Origin: Octopus bimaculoides
Lineage: Eukaryota
Direction of reading: 5' to 3'
Assembly (NCBI RefSeq): GCF_001194135.2
Contig: NC_069005.1
Coordinates: 1,456,105 to 1,520,104, forward strand
DNA: 64,000 bases
Shown piece after piece: positions 13,397-26,099 of the stretch. The notes under the pieces are model-generated. The model had not been told where the DNA came from, did no database searches, and saw only the letters and a list, made by a program, of their open reading frames with translations. Both the position numbers and the translations under genes were made by a program. Position 1 is the first letter of the stretch, and each line of letters starts with the position of its first letter.

Positions 13397-15416
13397 CTCT
13401 ATCTCTCTATCTCTCTCTCTCTCTTCCTCTCTTTCATTCTATCTCTATCCCTATCAATCTATCCGTTTATCTTTTTCTGTCTCTCCGTCATTTTTAATCT
13501 CTGCACCCGTCGTCTTCCCCTCCACTTCTCCATCATCGTCTCGCTTCTCATTTCTTNNNNNNNNNNNNNNNNNNNNNNNNNNNNNNNNNNNNNNNNNNNN
13601 NNNNNNNNNNNNNNNNNNNNNNNNNNNNNNNNNNNNNNNNNNNNNNNNNNNNNNNNNNNNNNNNNNNNNNNNNNNNNNNNNNNNNNNNNNNNNNNNNNNN
13701 NNNNNNNNNNNNNNNNNNNNNNNNNNNNNNNNNNNNNNNNNNNNNNNNNNNNNNNNNNNNNNNNNNNNNNNNNNNNNNNNNNNNNNNNNNNNNNNNNNNN
13801 NNNNNNNNNNNNNNNNNNNNNNNNNNNNNNNNNNNNNNNNNNNNNNNNNNNNNNNNNNNNNNNNNNNNNNNNNNNNNNNNNNNNTATATATATCTTTCTT
13901 TCTTTCTTTTCCTTGATATTCCTATTTATCTATCAATCCATCGAACTATCTGCCTCTTTCTATCTCTCCATCACATTTTATCTTTACATCCAACATCTTT
14001 CCCTATTTCTCTGTCATTATCTCCTTTCTCATCTCTTTCTGCTTCACTTCAAATTTCTCTCTCTTTCTGTCTCTCGCTCGCTTTCTCATTTTCTCTTCGC
14101 CTTTTCCTTAACTTTTTTTCTCTGAATCTCCTTTCTTCCTCCCAACAAAACTGTCTTGCGTTCCTCTTTTCCTCATCTGTCGTCTGCTCAATCTTCTCGC
14201 CCCATCACTTCTGTTTCCTTAGCCTTCTGTCTGTCTGCATGTCTGTCTCGCTGTACCTTTCTTTCTTCCCCCCTCTTTCTTTCTCTAAAACACACTCTCT
14301 CTCTCATCTAACCCTCATTTCTCCCTTTCCAACAAAGGTGAACCGGTACGTGAGAAATAATCAACGAGGTGGGGTGGTCATTTTATTTCCAAACTGTTCA
14401 TCTGTGGTTTGTGTTTGGGAATTGTGTCGTCAACATATTTTTTTCTCCATTTTATATTGTGAGAACGGCAACTTCTGGAATGTTCGAGATTCCCATAAAA
14501 AGTAAAATTAAATCATAGATACTCTTCAGCATTCTTTCGTTTTTGTTTATATTTATATATATTTGTCTTTTCTTTCATATCTTACCATTTCAAATGTTCC
14601 ACAAGTCAGCCGGCCGGAGTGAGGTGGAGGAGGGGACGTTGTAGCTTTTTTTTTATGTTGCCTTTTTGAAAAAAATTTTCGTATTTTTTCGTTTTTTTTC
14701 TTCTCGCCATGATTTATAAATCAATCAAGAAAAGTGTTTTTATATTTGTTTTGTTTTTGTTTTGGGTTTTCGTTTTGTACTGAATAACCTCGGTTTCCTC
14801 TTCCCCAGGCTATTGAATATGCATTGAATAACACACATATTTATATATATTTGTCTTTTCTTTCATATCTTACCATTTCAAATGTTCCACAAGTCAGCCG
14901 GCCGGAGTGAGGTGGAGGAGGGGACGTTGTAGCTTTTTTTTTATGTTNNNNNNNNNNNNNNNNNNNNNNNNNNNNNNNNNNNNNNNNNNNNNNNNNNNNN
15001 NNNNNNNNNNNNNNNNNNNNNNNNNNNNNNNNNNNNNNNNNNNNNNNNNNNNNNNNNNNNNNNNNNAAATAAAAATTCAGTTCTGCAGGAATTTTGAAGA
15101 AATTTTCATTTATACAAGCGCGCACGCACGCACACACGCACACACGCACGCACACACGCACGCACGCACGCACACACACACACACACACATACACGCATG
15201 AATGTGTGCATATATGTATAGACATACATACATACATACATACATACATACATACGTATGTATGTGTGTATATATGCTTACACGTATGTGTGTGTATGTA
15301 TACACACGTATGTGTCTGTTGATGGATAGATAATTAAAATTTACAGAAAAGACGAAGAGATGTGTGAGAACCACAAGCAGGTGTATTAGTTTTGACGCTC
15401 GGGAAGAATGGAAAAG

Positions 15417-15454
15417 TCTTTGACATTTCGAGCCTCCGTTCTTCGGCAGAGAGG
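15417..15454 (-). ncRNA. Degenerate hammerhead motif, same repeat family as 32555
   Basis: CUGCCGA-AGAACGGAGGCUC-GAAAUGUC, followed by ...GAGCGTC like the 32.6-kb copy; core mutated. Confidence 0.4.
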
Positions 15455-16266
15455 GATGAGAGGAAACCAAAATAGAGAGAGAACGAAAACACGGAGAAAA
15501 GAACGTCTAACGATTAACATTTCAGCATGATGAGTGTATATATATATATGTATATGTATGTTTAGTCGCCGACGATCCGACCATTCGACCGGTTCTACTT
15601 GGCTGCATGTTACCAGTAGCATTATATTTATATATGCATGCACGAGAAGGGATCCACGGTCTTTTTCGAACACTAGGCTCATAAGGCCAGTTTCCCGAAT
15701 TATGTGGCGTATGCCTGGACGGAACGCCGGTTCGTCGTAGGATAACTCATTTTTGCCAGCTGAGTGGAAATGGGAAATGATGTGCTTTGCTCAAGAATAC
15801 AACACATCACCTGGTCCAGGAATCGAAATCACCATCTTATGATCATGAGTACAATCCCCAAACCACTGTAGCATACCGTAAGTGATTGTACAATCTGTTA
15901 GTGAAGAAGACCTGGTCTTTTTTTTAAAGAACATTTGTTGCAGAAACTATCTCCATGAGTAATGGATGTTGCAACTTCAAAGGAGCAAATAAACTCAAAA
16001 GTTGATTCCACTTTCATATCCTTTGATCAAATGTTGAGCGGAACCAGAAGCCCTTTGATTTCTTGGGTTTGCTATCGGTAATCCTTTCCATTCCAAACTA
16101 GAGGGTCAATCATTCAAGCCCCTCACTCGTTGTTGGTCTTTACATACTTACAGATTTCTATTCCATGTAAACATTCTCTGAATTTGCTCTCTCATGAATG
16201 CTTAAACATTCATGTTTCTACAATTCTATATTTAAGAGATGAAGAATTATGTACATCATTTACATT

Positions 16267-16350
16267 ATTTACATTTGACGGGCTTATGGCGTAGTGGTTA
16301 AGAGCGCAGGCTACTAACCCCAAGAATACGAGTTCGATTCCAGTCAGTGA

Positions 16351-16387
<37 letters not shown>

Positions 16388-16529
16388 CACAACATCGAAA
16401 AATACATTGGGAATGAGAACCCAGGTTCGAAATTTCCCCAAGACACCTGATGAAGGTTGGAGGGTATATCAGCCGAAACGTTGTGTTAACAGCAAACAAG
16501 ATGAGGACAAATATCCGTCAAATGTAAAT
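16267..16529 (+). mobile_element. tRNA-derived SINE containing an (AAT)n spacer and a hammerhead ribozyme, bounded by a 15-bp inverted repeat
   Basis: A box TGGCGTAGTGG at 16287-16297, B box GTTCGATTC at 16332-16340, (AAT)n at about 16355-16386, HHR at 16442-16488; ATTTACATTTGACGG (16267-16281) / CCGTCAAATGTAAAT (16515-16529). Confidence 0.8.
16442..16488 (+). ncRNA. Minimal type I hammerhead ribozyme
   Basis: GACAC-CUGAUGA-A-GGUUG(loop)CAGCC-GAAA-CGU-U^GUGUU: helix I 5 bp, helix II 5 bp, palindromic helix III ACGU, cleavage triplet GUU. Confidence 0.78.
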
Positions 16530-18127
16530 CATGTTTGTGTTTCTGTTCTTTCATATGTGACACCGGACGAAGATCTTGTTAACCAACAGCACTAATATTC
16601 TTAGCGGACTCAAAGAATTTGAAATTAGCGAACAGCTCTTTCAGAACTTGAATTAAATGCTTGCTTTCATAAGTGATTTGAATCTGCATCAACCCAACTA
16701 TATATTTTTTTTAATTTGGAGGTAGGGTTGAAATTGCAATTAGAAAAGTTACGACAGACAAGCAGAGACAGACAGACAGGCAGATAGATTGTGAGTGAGT
16801 GAGTGAGTGAGTAAGAAAGAGAATGAGAGAAAAGGATAAATTGGACTTGATAAGGCAAAGCTTTGAATGAGGGGCAGGAAATGGGATAGAAAATTGAAAC
16901 GAAGATTCGGCACTTTAGGGGAAGCAGAGATAAAACCATAGTTACATACAATGAAGAAAAAAGGATTGGAGAAGAGAGAATGGGATAGATATACACTCAA
17001 GCAAACTTCCTTTAATAGGGTTTATGTGACTATCTTTCATCTCTGCCCTCACTAACCCTTAGTAAAACCCTTTCAATTTAAAATTTCTCTGAAATTTATA
17101 TTTGCAAATTAGAATGAAATGAAATCGTTAAGTGGATGAACCGCAAATTGTCAAATTAAAAATAATCACGACACTTCCGATATGATTCATCGATTTCGTT
17201 TGTCAAGAAACTTGCCCAATAATTTTATGCCCATACATAAATAAAACTAATTTGTCTTGTTTGTGACCCTGAGCCGAAAGGGGAGAAACAAATCAGAAAA
17301 CAAAACAGAAAAAACAATGACATTGAGGAAAAGCTTGTTGGTTTATTTTCGTTTTTTGTTCGTTTGTGTTTCATTAATTTTTATAATTAGTAATTAACGC
17401 TTCTGATCAACTTGTGTCCACATCTGTGCTGCAATTCCCAGGATACGCTGTGCATAAATAACCCGCCGTGGGAGATAACGTTGTCGTAATTTAATTTATG
17501 GACCAATTCAGTTAATAATACAAACAAGTTCGTCGACATCTTTAATTATTCACTGAAAAACAATGACTCAGTCGGTGTTTTTTCGAATCTTTTTGGTTGT
17601 TTCTTTTTTTCCAATGTTTAAAATAATCTTAGAAGCAACAAACAAGGGAAAGTGACATTGTTTTATATGACAACTTGCATACTGTTAGGACGAGCGACGT
17701 AAAATAATATTAACAAAGTAAAGCTTACGATACCGGTTTCGATACGAAGATAAGTGATCAAATTTCTTCCATTTATCACATAAAAGAAAAAACCAAGATT
17801 TTCACCGAGGATTGTTCTTAGTTATTGCATAAATTTATCATCAGCTGATTAATTTACAAAAAATTATTTGAAAACTTTTTTTAAATGTTAAATAATTCTT
17901 TTTAATATAGGTGCAAGGCTTGACATATCGCGAGGGTGGGGGTGCGTAATTGATTACATCGTCCCAGTGCTCGACTGGTACTTATTTTATCGATCCCAAA
18001 AAGGACGAAAGTCAAAGTCGATCTCGGTGGAATTTGAACAAAGAGCGCAATGAGCCGGAAAAAACGGCGCTATGCATTTTGTCCAACGCGCAAGCGTTTC
18101 ATCCAGATCGCCTCCTTTAATAAATAT

Positions 18128-18129
<2 letters not shown>

Positions 18130-18160
<31 letters not shown>

Positions 18161-19435
18161 TCTTTTATTAGCCACAAAGGTTTACATAAAGTGGTATGAC
18201 ACAAGATAGAAAGCAACTCGTGACGAGACAAAGGGTTTCCAGCGTCTAAACATTTGAAAACAATAAAAAGATTAAACAAAATAAAACTCCCAACAGGGAA
18301 GGCGCTTTAAAGGTCCTCGTGGAAAACCCCACAAAAGCCACGAGTGCCTGATCAACAGGGCAAGGGTCCTTCTCCTTTTATTACTTCACAGGTGTACCCT
18401 CAGAATTGGTCCTTTCACACTGGCCATTCTTCCAACATCCCCCCACCTTTCAACAAACTTGTTACAAGGCAACACTTCTCTCTCCACCAGCAACTTCCGT
18501 TTCAAGTGAAACTTGAAAAAGTTGATGAGGGCTTGGCCAAAGAGGAAAGTGTCTGTCTTTAGCCCTTTCAGACGAGTCCACCATATTACCTCTTTCACTA
18601 CAGCCACTAGACAAATAAAAACTGCCTGTCCCTCTCGGCCAAAGCAAGGCGGTGGGACAATCTTCACTATGGATTCAGCTGATAGCCGGATCCGTCCCAC
18701 ACGCGACAGCAGGTGTTCGACATAAACCCACAGGTCAGCAATACCCGAGCACTGGACGACGGCGTGCAGAATGGTTTCATCGCTCTGCACACGCCTCGGG
18801 TAGGCCCGGCTGGCGGCACTTCTGTGCCTGTAGAGTTTATCCCGAACAGGCAGCGCCTCTCGGTAGCCCTGCCAGGCAAGGGATTTCTGGAAATTATCCA
18901 TAGGCCCAGGCCCTAAAGTTCTCCGAAACAGACCGGTCAGTCGATCCTCGTTAACCCCTAGAGTTTCTCCGAGAACGTCGTCGCACTTCTCCACTAGCCC
19001 TCAATAGAACGCTAGAGTGGAACAACCGCCGACCGCATTGCCCGCCGAGCGGAGAGTTGTGAGCGCTTGACGGCACTCGAGGTGCCAAGCGCCACCCACC
19101 CTCAGTCTACGCTTAATCCAGGATTGCAGCTCAGTCAAAGAGACGAGCTGGATAAAAGTGATTCTTGCAAACGGCGACCATACCTGCTCGCTGTCAAGGA
19201 AATGCTGGAGATGTCGTAGCCTGAACGCATGTCTGTGCATCAGCAACCACGGCATGCACAGCTCCCTATTCAGTGGCCGTTGACAGCAGATGGAGCGCCT
19301 GACCAGTGGAACACGCCCCCTCCACAGAAAGCGAAAGAGTAAGCGCACCAGCTTGGCCAGCCAGCAAGCTGGGCAAGGGACGACAGTCAGGCGGTAATAG
19401 ATGACGGATGTGATGTACATATGGGAAAAAATGGA
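18130..19435 (-). mobile_element. 5'-truncated Tx1/L1-like non-LTR retrotransposon, 3' portion
   Basis: YITSVIYYRLTVVPCP..LFRFLWRGRVPLVRRSICCQRPLN..L.MPWL; zf-RVT-like region (LAWQGYREALPVRDKLYRH..ETILHAVVQC); 3' UTR with AATAAA and an (ATT)n tail at about 18128-18160. Confidence 0.88.
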
Positions 19436-19499
19436 GTCCTGCCACATGAGCAGAAGGGACGCAAGCGTAAGTGCAGAGGTAGCAAGGATCAGCTCCTGG

Positions 19500-19640
19500 T
19501 ATTATAAGTTTGCTTCTCAACCACATAACTTTGGGTTCAATCCCACTGCGTGGCACCCTAGGCAAGTGTCTTCTACTATAGCTTCAGGCCGACTGAAGAC
19601 TTGTGAGTGGATATGATTGACGCAAACTGAAAGAAGTAGT
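19500..19640 (+). mobile_element. tRNA-headed CORE-like SINE family B; other copies at about 10810-10950(-), 32960-33085(-), 40670-40830(+), 40920-41060(+), 42800-42905(-), 44600-44690(+), 47990-48110(+), 51070-51210(+), 56520-56630(+), 59620-59730(+)
   Basis: GGGTTCA.TCCCACTGCGTGGCACC.T.GGCAAGTGTCTTCTACTATAGC...TTGTGAGTGGAT.TG recurs; the CCTTGGGCAAGT block is CORE-like. Confidence 0.78.
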
Positions 19641-19648
19641 TCTATCTA

Positions 19649-19679
<31 letters not shown>

Positions 19680-20180
19680 NNNNNNNNNNNNNNNNNNNNN
19701 NNNNNNNNNNNNNNNNNNNNNNNNNNNNNNNNNNNNNNNNNNNNNNNNNNNNNNNNNNNNNNNNNNNNNNNNNNNNNNNNNNNNNNNNNNNNNNNNNNNN
19801 NNNNNNNNNNNNNNNNNNNNNNNNNNNNNNNNNNNNNNNNNNNNNNNNNNNNNNNNNNNNNNNNNNNNNNNNNNNNNNNNNNNNNNNNNNNNNNNNNNNN
19901 NNNNNNNNNNNNNNNNNNNNNNNNNNNNNNNNNNNNNNNNNNNNNNNNNNNNNNNNNNNNNNNNNNNNNNNNNNNNNNNNNNNNNNNNNNNNNNNNNNNN
20001 NNNNNNNNNNNNNNNNNNNNNNNNNNNNNNNAATAAATAAACAAATAAATAGGAATAAATGAGTGAATATAACTCTACTCTTACAGCTGTTTCCACTTTG
20101 TGGGTGGGGCAGCATGCCGAAGTTGGCACATCATACGAAGATTATACAAAAATTGTACAAAAACTGAACAGAAATTGGTC

Positions 20181-20498
20181 AAAAATTGAATCCAAAAGCT
20201 TCATCAGAAAGTCCATAATGGCAAGAATTAAACAAGTAAAATAAAATAATAAAAATACTAAATAATAGTATAAAATAAATTCCAAGATAATATCCAGAGG
20301 TTGTGAGATCACATCTCATTTCAATCTAGTGGGGATGTAGTCTATTAGATTGAAATGAGATGTGATCTCACAACCTCTGGATATTATCTTGGAATTTACT
20401 TTTTACTATTCTTTAGTATTTTTATTTTATTTTACTTTTTTATTTGTTTAATTCTTGCTATTATGGACTCTCTGATGAAGCTTTTGGATTCAATTTTT
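20181..20498. repeat. Long inverted repeat (about 148-bp arms, 17-nt spacer at 20329-20345)
   Basis: AAAAATTGAATCCAAAAGCTTCATCAGAAAGTCCATAAT...GATCACATCTCATTTCAATCTA is mirrored by TAGATTGAAATGAGATGTGATC...ATTATGGACTCTCTGATGAAGCTTTTGGATTCAATTTTT. Confidence 0.92.
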
Positions 20499-20537
20499 AT
20501 TATTTTATTTTACATGTTTTCTTGTTTAATTCTTGCT

Positions 20538-20884
20538 GGATACGAACCTCTAACTCCATGACAAGTTATTTTTTGTGTCGTATCCCTTATTGACTCGGCC
20601 ATCCATTCATTAAGTCAATCAAACAGATATCACCTCATATTCTTTCCTTACCAAACTTCTTCCTATACTTTTTCTTTCCTTCAGTCTTTTCTTTCATTAT
20701 TGATATCTTTTTGTAAGTCTTTTTTTTAAGGTACAAAACGGCAGATTTTCGCAAAAAGCCGTCAAGTGTACTCAATGACCCGGCGTGGAGTTTTGTCTGT
20801 TTTTTGTTGATATTCCGGATTGGTAGCAAGATTCATTGTGCTCAGGCTGAACATAAAGTCACTTTGTTCTTTGTTATGGAAACC
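20538..20884 (+). repeat. Near-identical direct copy of 11590-11937 (about 348 bp)
   Basis: Both begin GGATACGAACCTCT and end TTGTTAT.GAAACC; only about 10 differences by eye; the ORF track shows twin ORFs (11688-11882 and 20635-20829). Confidence 0.92.
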
Positions 20885-21238
20885 TGATGAAGAAAATTTT
20901 TACACCTGAACAGAAACAACACCAGCAACAACAACAACAACACCAACAACAATGAATCTGTTGAGAGTTTTTCATAAAACAACGCCCAAAACAATTTTCC
21001 ATTTTCTCATTCAACACCGAAGACTGCTTCTCTTCGTTCTTTTCCTTCGTCGCCTTTCTTTCTTTTTCCATCTCTTTCGTAACCTTTCTTGCTCTTCTCT
21101 TCCTTATTTTATATCGTTTTTCACCCTTGTGTTTTTTTTGTTTCTTCTTCTTCCTTTCCCTATGATTTTGTCGTTCTTCATTCATATCTTACCTTTTTTC
21201 CCTTTCTTTCTCAATCTTGCCCCAGCAACAATATATAT

Positions 21239-21278
<40 letters not shown>

Positions 21279-23149
21279 CATATGCATGTATTTATGCACA
21301 CATATACATACGTTTATATATATATAGATATGTATGTATATATGTATCTACATATATGTATGGACATGTACAATTGCACCACCCCCCGCATTCCCCTCCC
21401 CCACAAACCAACTCCCAGACCCTAACCCTAACCTATATCCCACCAACACATGCGCTTTCGCCAGTCCTCTTTCTACTCGCTTCAATAAACACTAATACGT
21501 GCACCCCCTCCATTCCTCCGTTCTTGAATCTCTCCCCCACCACCACTCTCTACAATGGCAATCCTTCGACTCCCCCTGCGTCACTTCTGTTTCCAGAATT
21601 TCAAAATAATCTTTAATATATTTTAATTCTAATCTCCTTTTTTTTCGGAAACAGTTTGCAAATTCAAGTGATACCAATTGAAAACTGTGCATACTTTGAA
21701 CTAGCAGGCGCATGGAGTCTTTGGGAGAGAATGCGCGCCGTTTGGGGGCCTCCCACTCGACGGCATTATTGTGCTCTCACTGACATGAAGTCCCGCTTTC
21801 TAGATCAACTGGTCACAAGTCCTTACTCAATATTCTTCTCGTCATTGCTCATCGTCTCTTTTTAATCTTTCAAAATCTTATACCAAAATCATTTAAAGCC
21901 CCGAGATGTTAAAGCTTGCAGTTAATGTTGTCTCGTTCTAATAATTTTATTGGTAGTGAAGTTTTTTCTTTTATTCTGCCGCTTGAGTTGATGCTTTAAA
22001 AATATTCTTTTTCCTCTCAAGATTTTTAGGCGCGTAGAATCTTCGGCATATTTTTGGTAATTTCTCCATGAGATGTCTTTGGTGTGTTGTGAACTTAATC
22101 GTCATCTTGCATCATATGACAGTGTTTAAATGTCTGATTCTGTGATGCTGATTGTTTTCCCCTAGTTTCGTTACCGACTTGTTTGCCTTGTCTTATTAGC
22201 AAATCCACTGCAGATATTACCCAATTTAGCCAACCTCGTGGCACCCAACATCCAACAAATTTCGTTAATGGTATCCATCCGGGTGTCCATATCCACCTAC
22301 ACAAAGTGAAAACTGTGGCTTTCTTCGTTTTACAATCAGAAAGAAACATTTATTCTGCTCATCTTTCACCTATGAATCCCTGAGAATGTCGTGTAGATGC
22401 AATCACTCACTGTATATAGCTTCAGGATGGTGGCCCAGGATGAAGGGAGATTGTCATTAGCTTTGATTATTGTCTGTTGAACATTTAGCAAATCGAAAGG
22501 CCTCTCAAGTTTCTATAAGTGAAAGCAGAATCGAATGCTTTCTTAAAAGCTAATCAAATTCTTCATTTCGTTGTTCGACATTTGTTTTATTGATTAGGAA
22601 TTGCTTAACCCATTTTTAAACACGTTCTGTCGTGATTCTGATAATCTTGAGCCGATAATTTCAGACAGGCAGTATATATTTTAGACATTAGATTCTTGTC
22701 TGAGATTAACCGGCAGCTCTTTGCCTATTAACTGACTTTGTTATTTACTATGGAACTTATCCCTTCCAATGCCAGACAGCTTAGTATATTTATATCCCCA
22801 CCGAGGAAATGTTTAGGCTAATAAGATACCATCGACAGAAAGTCCGAGTTTGTATCTCTTCCTGATATTTTTTTGCTGAAATTTTTCTATTACAGTCTCA
22901 GGTGATGGAGGGTGCTCTTGGTGTTAAGCAGGGACAGCAATTCTTTTGGATATGTGTACATATCTATGCCTCCAATAAAATGGCTGTTTGTATGCATGTG
23001 TGCGTATATGTATGAGTGTGTATGTGACGTATGAGTGTACGCATGTATGTATGTACGTATGTATTTATGTATGCTTGTATGTATGTGTGTGAGATGTACG
23101 TATGTATGTATGTATGCATGCATGTATGTATGTGTCAAGTCCTCATTAA

Positions 23150-23460
23150 AGACCTGTGATATGCAGGACACTGACTGGGAGAACAATGCCTGTCATCGTC
23201 ACAGATAGAGGAAGCAGGTTAAGGAGGGGATCAACACTTTTGAGAGAGCANNNNNNNNNNGCCTGTCATCGTCACAGATAGAGGAAGCAGGTTAAGGAGG
23301 GGATCAACACTTTTGAGAGAGCACGTATCCAGCGTGAAGAACTTAAGCGAGCTGCTCGAAAGCGCACGGCTCGTATAGTGAATGGGGAAGCTTCGTCTGC
23401 AATGTTGGCAGTCGTGTCTGCTTGTCAAGAGCAGGGCTCCTTAGCCACCAACGGAGCCGC
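23150..23460 (+). mobile_element. RTE-clade LINE C-terminal fragment
   Basis: CDMQDTDWENNACHRHR*RKQVKEGINTFERAR..ELKRAARKR then C...RVCLSRAGLLSHQR (RTE C-terminal CCHH-like motif). Confidence 0.75.
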
Positions 23461-23580
23461 AAATGCAAAATGTAAGTTAGTACTAGAGCGCACACGAGTG
23501 GACGGCCATCATCATGTATGTATGTATACATATATGTATGCATGTATACATATAGGTATACATATAGGTATACATATATG

Positions 23581-23706
23581 GTATTGAAAATATTGTTGGA
23601 CGTTGGGAAGAAGTTGTAAACAACAAGGGTGAATACATTATTGATTAATTAGTTATTTTTTATTAAATAAAAAAAAAAACGGCGGGAACTTAGTTGCCAA
23701 CCTAAT
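23581..23706 (+). mobile_element. Mariner 3' terminus (transposase C-terminus and TIR)
   Basis: IENIVGRWEEVVNNKGEYIID* followed by ...ACTTAGTTGCCAACCTAATA, the typical mariner TIR end, then TA. Confidence 0.8.
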
Positions 23707-24601
23707 ATATATATATATATATATATANNNNNNNNNNNNNNNNNNNNNNNNNNNNNNNNNNNNNNNNNNNNNNNNNNNNNNNNNNNNNNNNNNNNNNNNN
23801 NNNNNNNNNNNNNNNNNNNNNNNNNNNNNNNNNNNNNNNNNNNNNNNNNNNNNNNNNNNNNNNNNNNNNNNNNNNNNNNNNNNNNNNNNNNNNNNNNNNN
23901 NNNNNNNNNNNNNNNNNNNNNNNNNNNNNNNNNNNNNNNNNNNNNNNNNNNNNNNNNNNNNNNNNNNNNNNNNNNNNNNNNNNNNNNNNNNNNNNNNNNN
24001 NNNNNNNNNNNNNNNNNNNNNNNNNNNNNNNNNNNNNNNNNNNNNNNNNNNNNNNNNNNNNNNNNNNNNNNNNNNNNNNNNTGTATATGTATGTGTGTGT
24101 ATGTGTATGTATGTGTGTATGTATGTATGTATGTGTGTATGTATGTGTGTATGTATGTATATGTGTGTGTATGTATGTATGTATATGTGTGTGTATGTAT
24201 GTATGTATGTGTATGTGTGTTTATGAGCATGTGTGTATGTATGTATGTATGTGTGTGTGTGTATGTATGTATATATGCATGTCTATGTGTCTATGCTCTT
24301 TGATATTTGTTTTAGATTGAGTCGAGTTCCAGGAATTTTTGTGTGTGTGTGCGTGCGTGTGTGCATGCGTGTGAATTTGTGTGTACGCGCGTATCTATAT
24401 ATCTATGTATCTATCTAATGTGTGTGTGTGTATACATATATATATATGCATACATACATATATATGTGTATTTATACTTAAAGAGTATGTGTGTACATAC
24501 ATTTTTAATACATGTGTATGTGTGTGCTTACTTTGTATGTATGTATGTATGTACGTATGAGTATGAGAACGCATACAAATGTATGTAAGTGCATAAACAT
24601 G

Positions 24602-24657
<56 letters not shown>

Positions 24658-25193
24658 AAAATCTACATACGTTTGAATATTCAAATCTCAGCTTTGATCG
24701 TGTATGGATGTGTGCATACAGACGCACACATACATATACACATCCTTATACATACATATGCGTATATGTGTATATAGATATAGATAGATACACACACATG
24801 GTGAGTGTATGTTGTTGTTGTCGTTGTTGTTGAACATACATATATGCATAAGTATGAAAGTACGAAGACCTCATTGGGTTTTTTTTTTAAATAATTAGTA
24901 TTCCGTGTGAATGCGTAATGATGAGAAAATTTTAAAGATTTGCCGACATGTCTTTGTTAGAGATAGAAATTCGAAGACCTCTCTTCTTTTTCCTCAACAT
25001 ACATATACATACTCATATATATATACATACACATATACATATGTGTCTATGCTGTGTTCTTTGATATAATCAAGTTTTCATTATACTGCTCGTCAGAAAT
25101 TTAGTGGCGATATAAATATAACAGTATTTAATTTGAATAGACCAACCTCTTGTTATGTCTAATGCGTCTTAATATAATCTTTTACATATATTA

Positions 25194-25262
<69 letters not shown>

Positions 25263-26099
25263 ATTTCGGATTTCTTTTAAGTTGTTTAACAAGTTGCTTT
25301 ATTTTTAGTTTTTTTTTTACAGGTGTTTGTATGGAATTGAATGGCAATTATTGTTCTCTAAATCTTCTTCCTTCTCCTCTTCCTCCTCCTCCTTCTCGTC
25401 CACCTCACCCTCGTCTGCATCGTCATCGCCATCGCCATGATGATGATGATCACCATCACCATCACCATCACCACCACCACTATCATCATCATCATCATCA
25501 TCACCACCACCACCCGGTGGAGCGACGGTTGAAACACTTTGAGTTGTTTTAATTTAACTGAATCTCTTTACGGATTCTGGTTTCAAATCGTGCAAGATCC
25601 GGCTTTGCCTTTTGTTCCTTAGACATCGATAGAATATTTACATTAATCAAATATCACAAATCGATTTAATAGGTTATTGATTACCTCACTAAAGTGAGTA
25701 AATAAATAATAAAATGTGTGGTCTTGTATCAATAATAGAAATCGTTCGGTCTTCGATTCCGAACAGATATGTACAGTCTCACCGCTGTAGTTTTACTGAA
25801 AGTTTTCCCGAGAAACGATGGAAAAGAATCGGTGGGTTCCAATACCTGCCCCGATTGTCTATTGCGATATTTAGCGGAAGATATAAAGCATTAGGAAAAG
25901 CCCATTTAAGTAGTGGAAATATTAATCAACTGTGCGTGGAATAATGCGTTAGGATCGAACGATCTATTCTTTGAATTGGATTGTAACATGCCGGAATCGT
26001 TCGCTACTGTCTTGGCAAATGTCTACAGCAACTAAAGTAGACTAGAAATATTCCCAATTGCATGAAATGGGGAATGTTCATGCAGTTGAGGAGAGGCGC

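Noticed and set aside
14840-14947. Second copy of 14550-14658
   Set aside because: It is near-identical and abuts an N gap, so it is most likely an uncollapsed contig overlap.
16280-16354. Functional tRNA gene
   Set aside because: A and B boxes are present, but the acceptor and anticodon stems do not pair properly and it runs into a SINE body; the same applies to heads at about 5580 and 59410.
23188-23322. Direct 63-bp duplication in the RTE fragment
   Set aside because: The copies flank a 10-N gap; this is an assembly overlap artefact.
25199-25552. Poly-Pro/poly-His ORF preceded by a plausible acceptor (ttttacag)
   Set aside because: It is built from (CCT)n/(CAT)n/(CAC)n simple repeats, ends in a stop with no donor, and has no recognisable homology.
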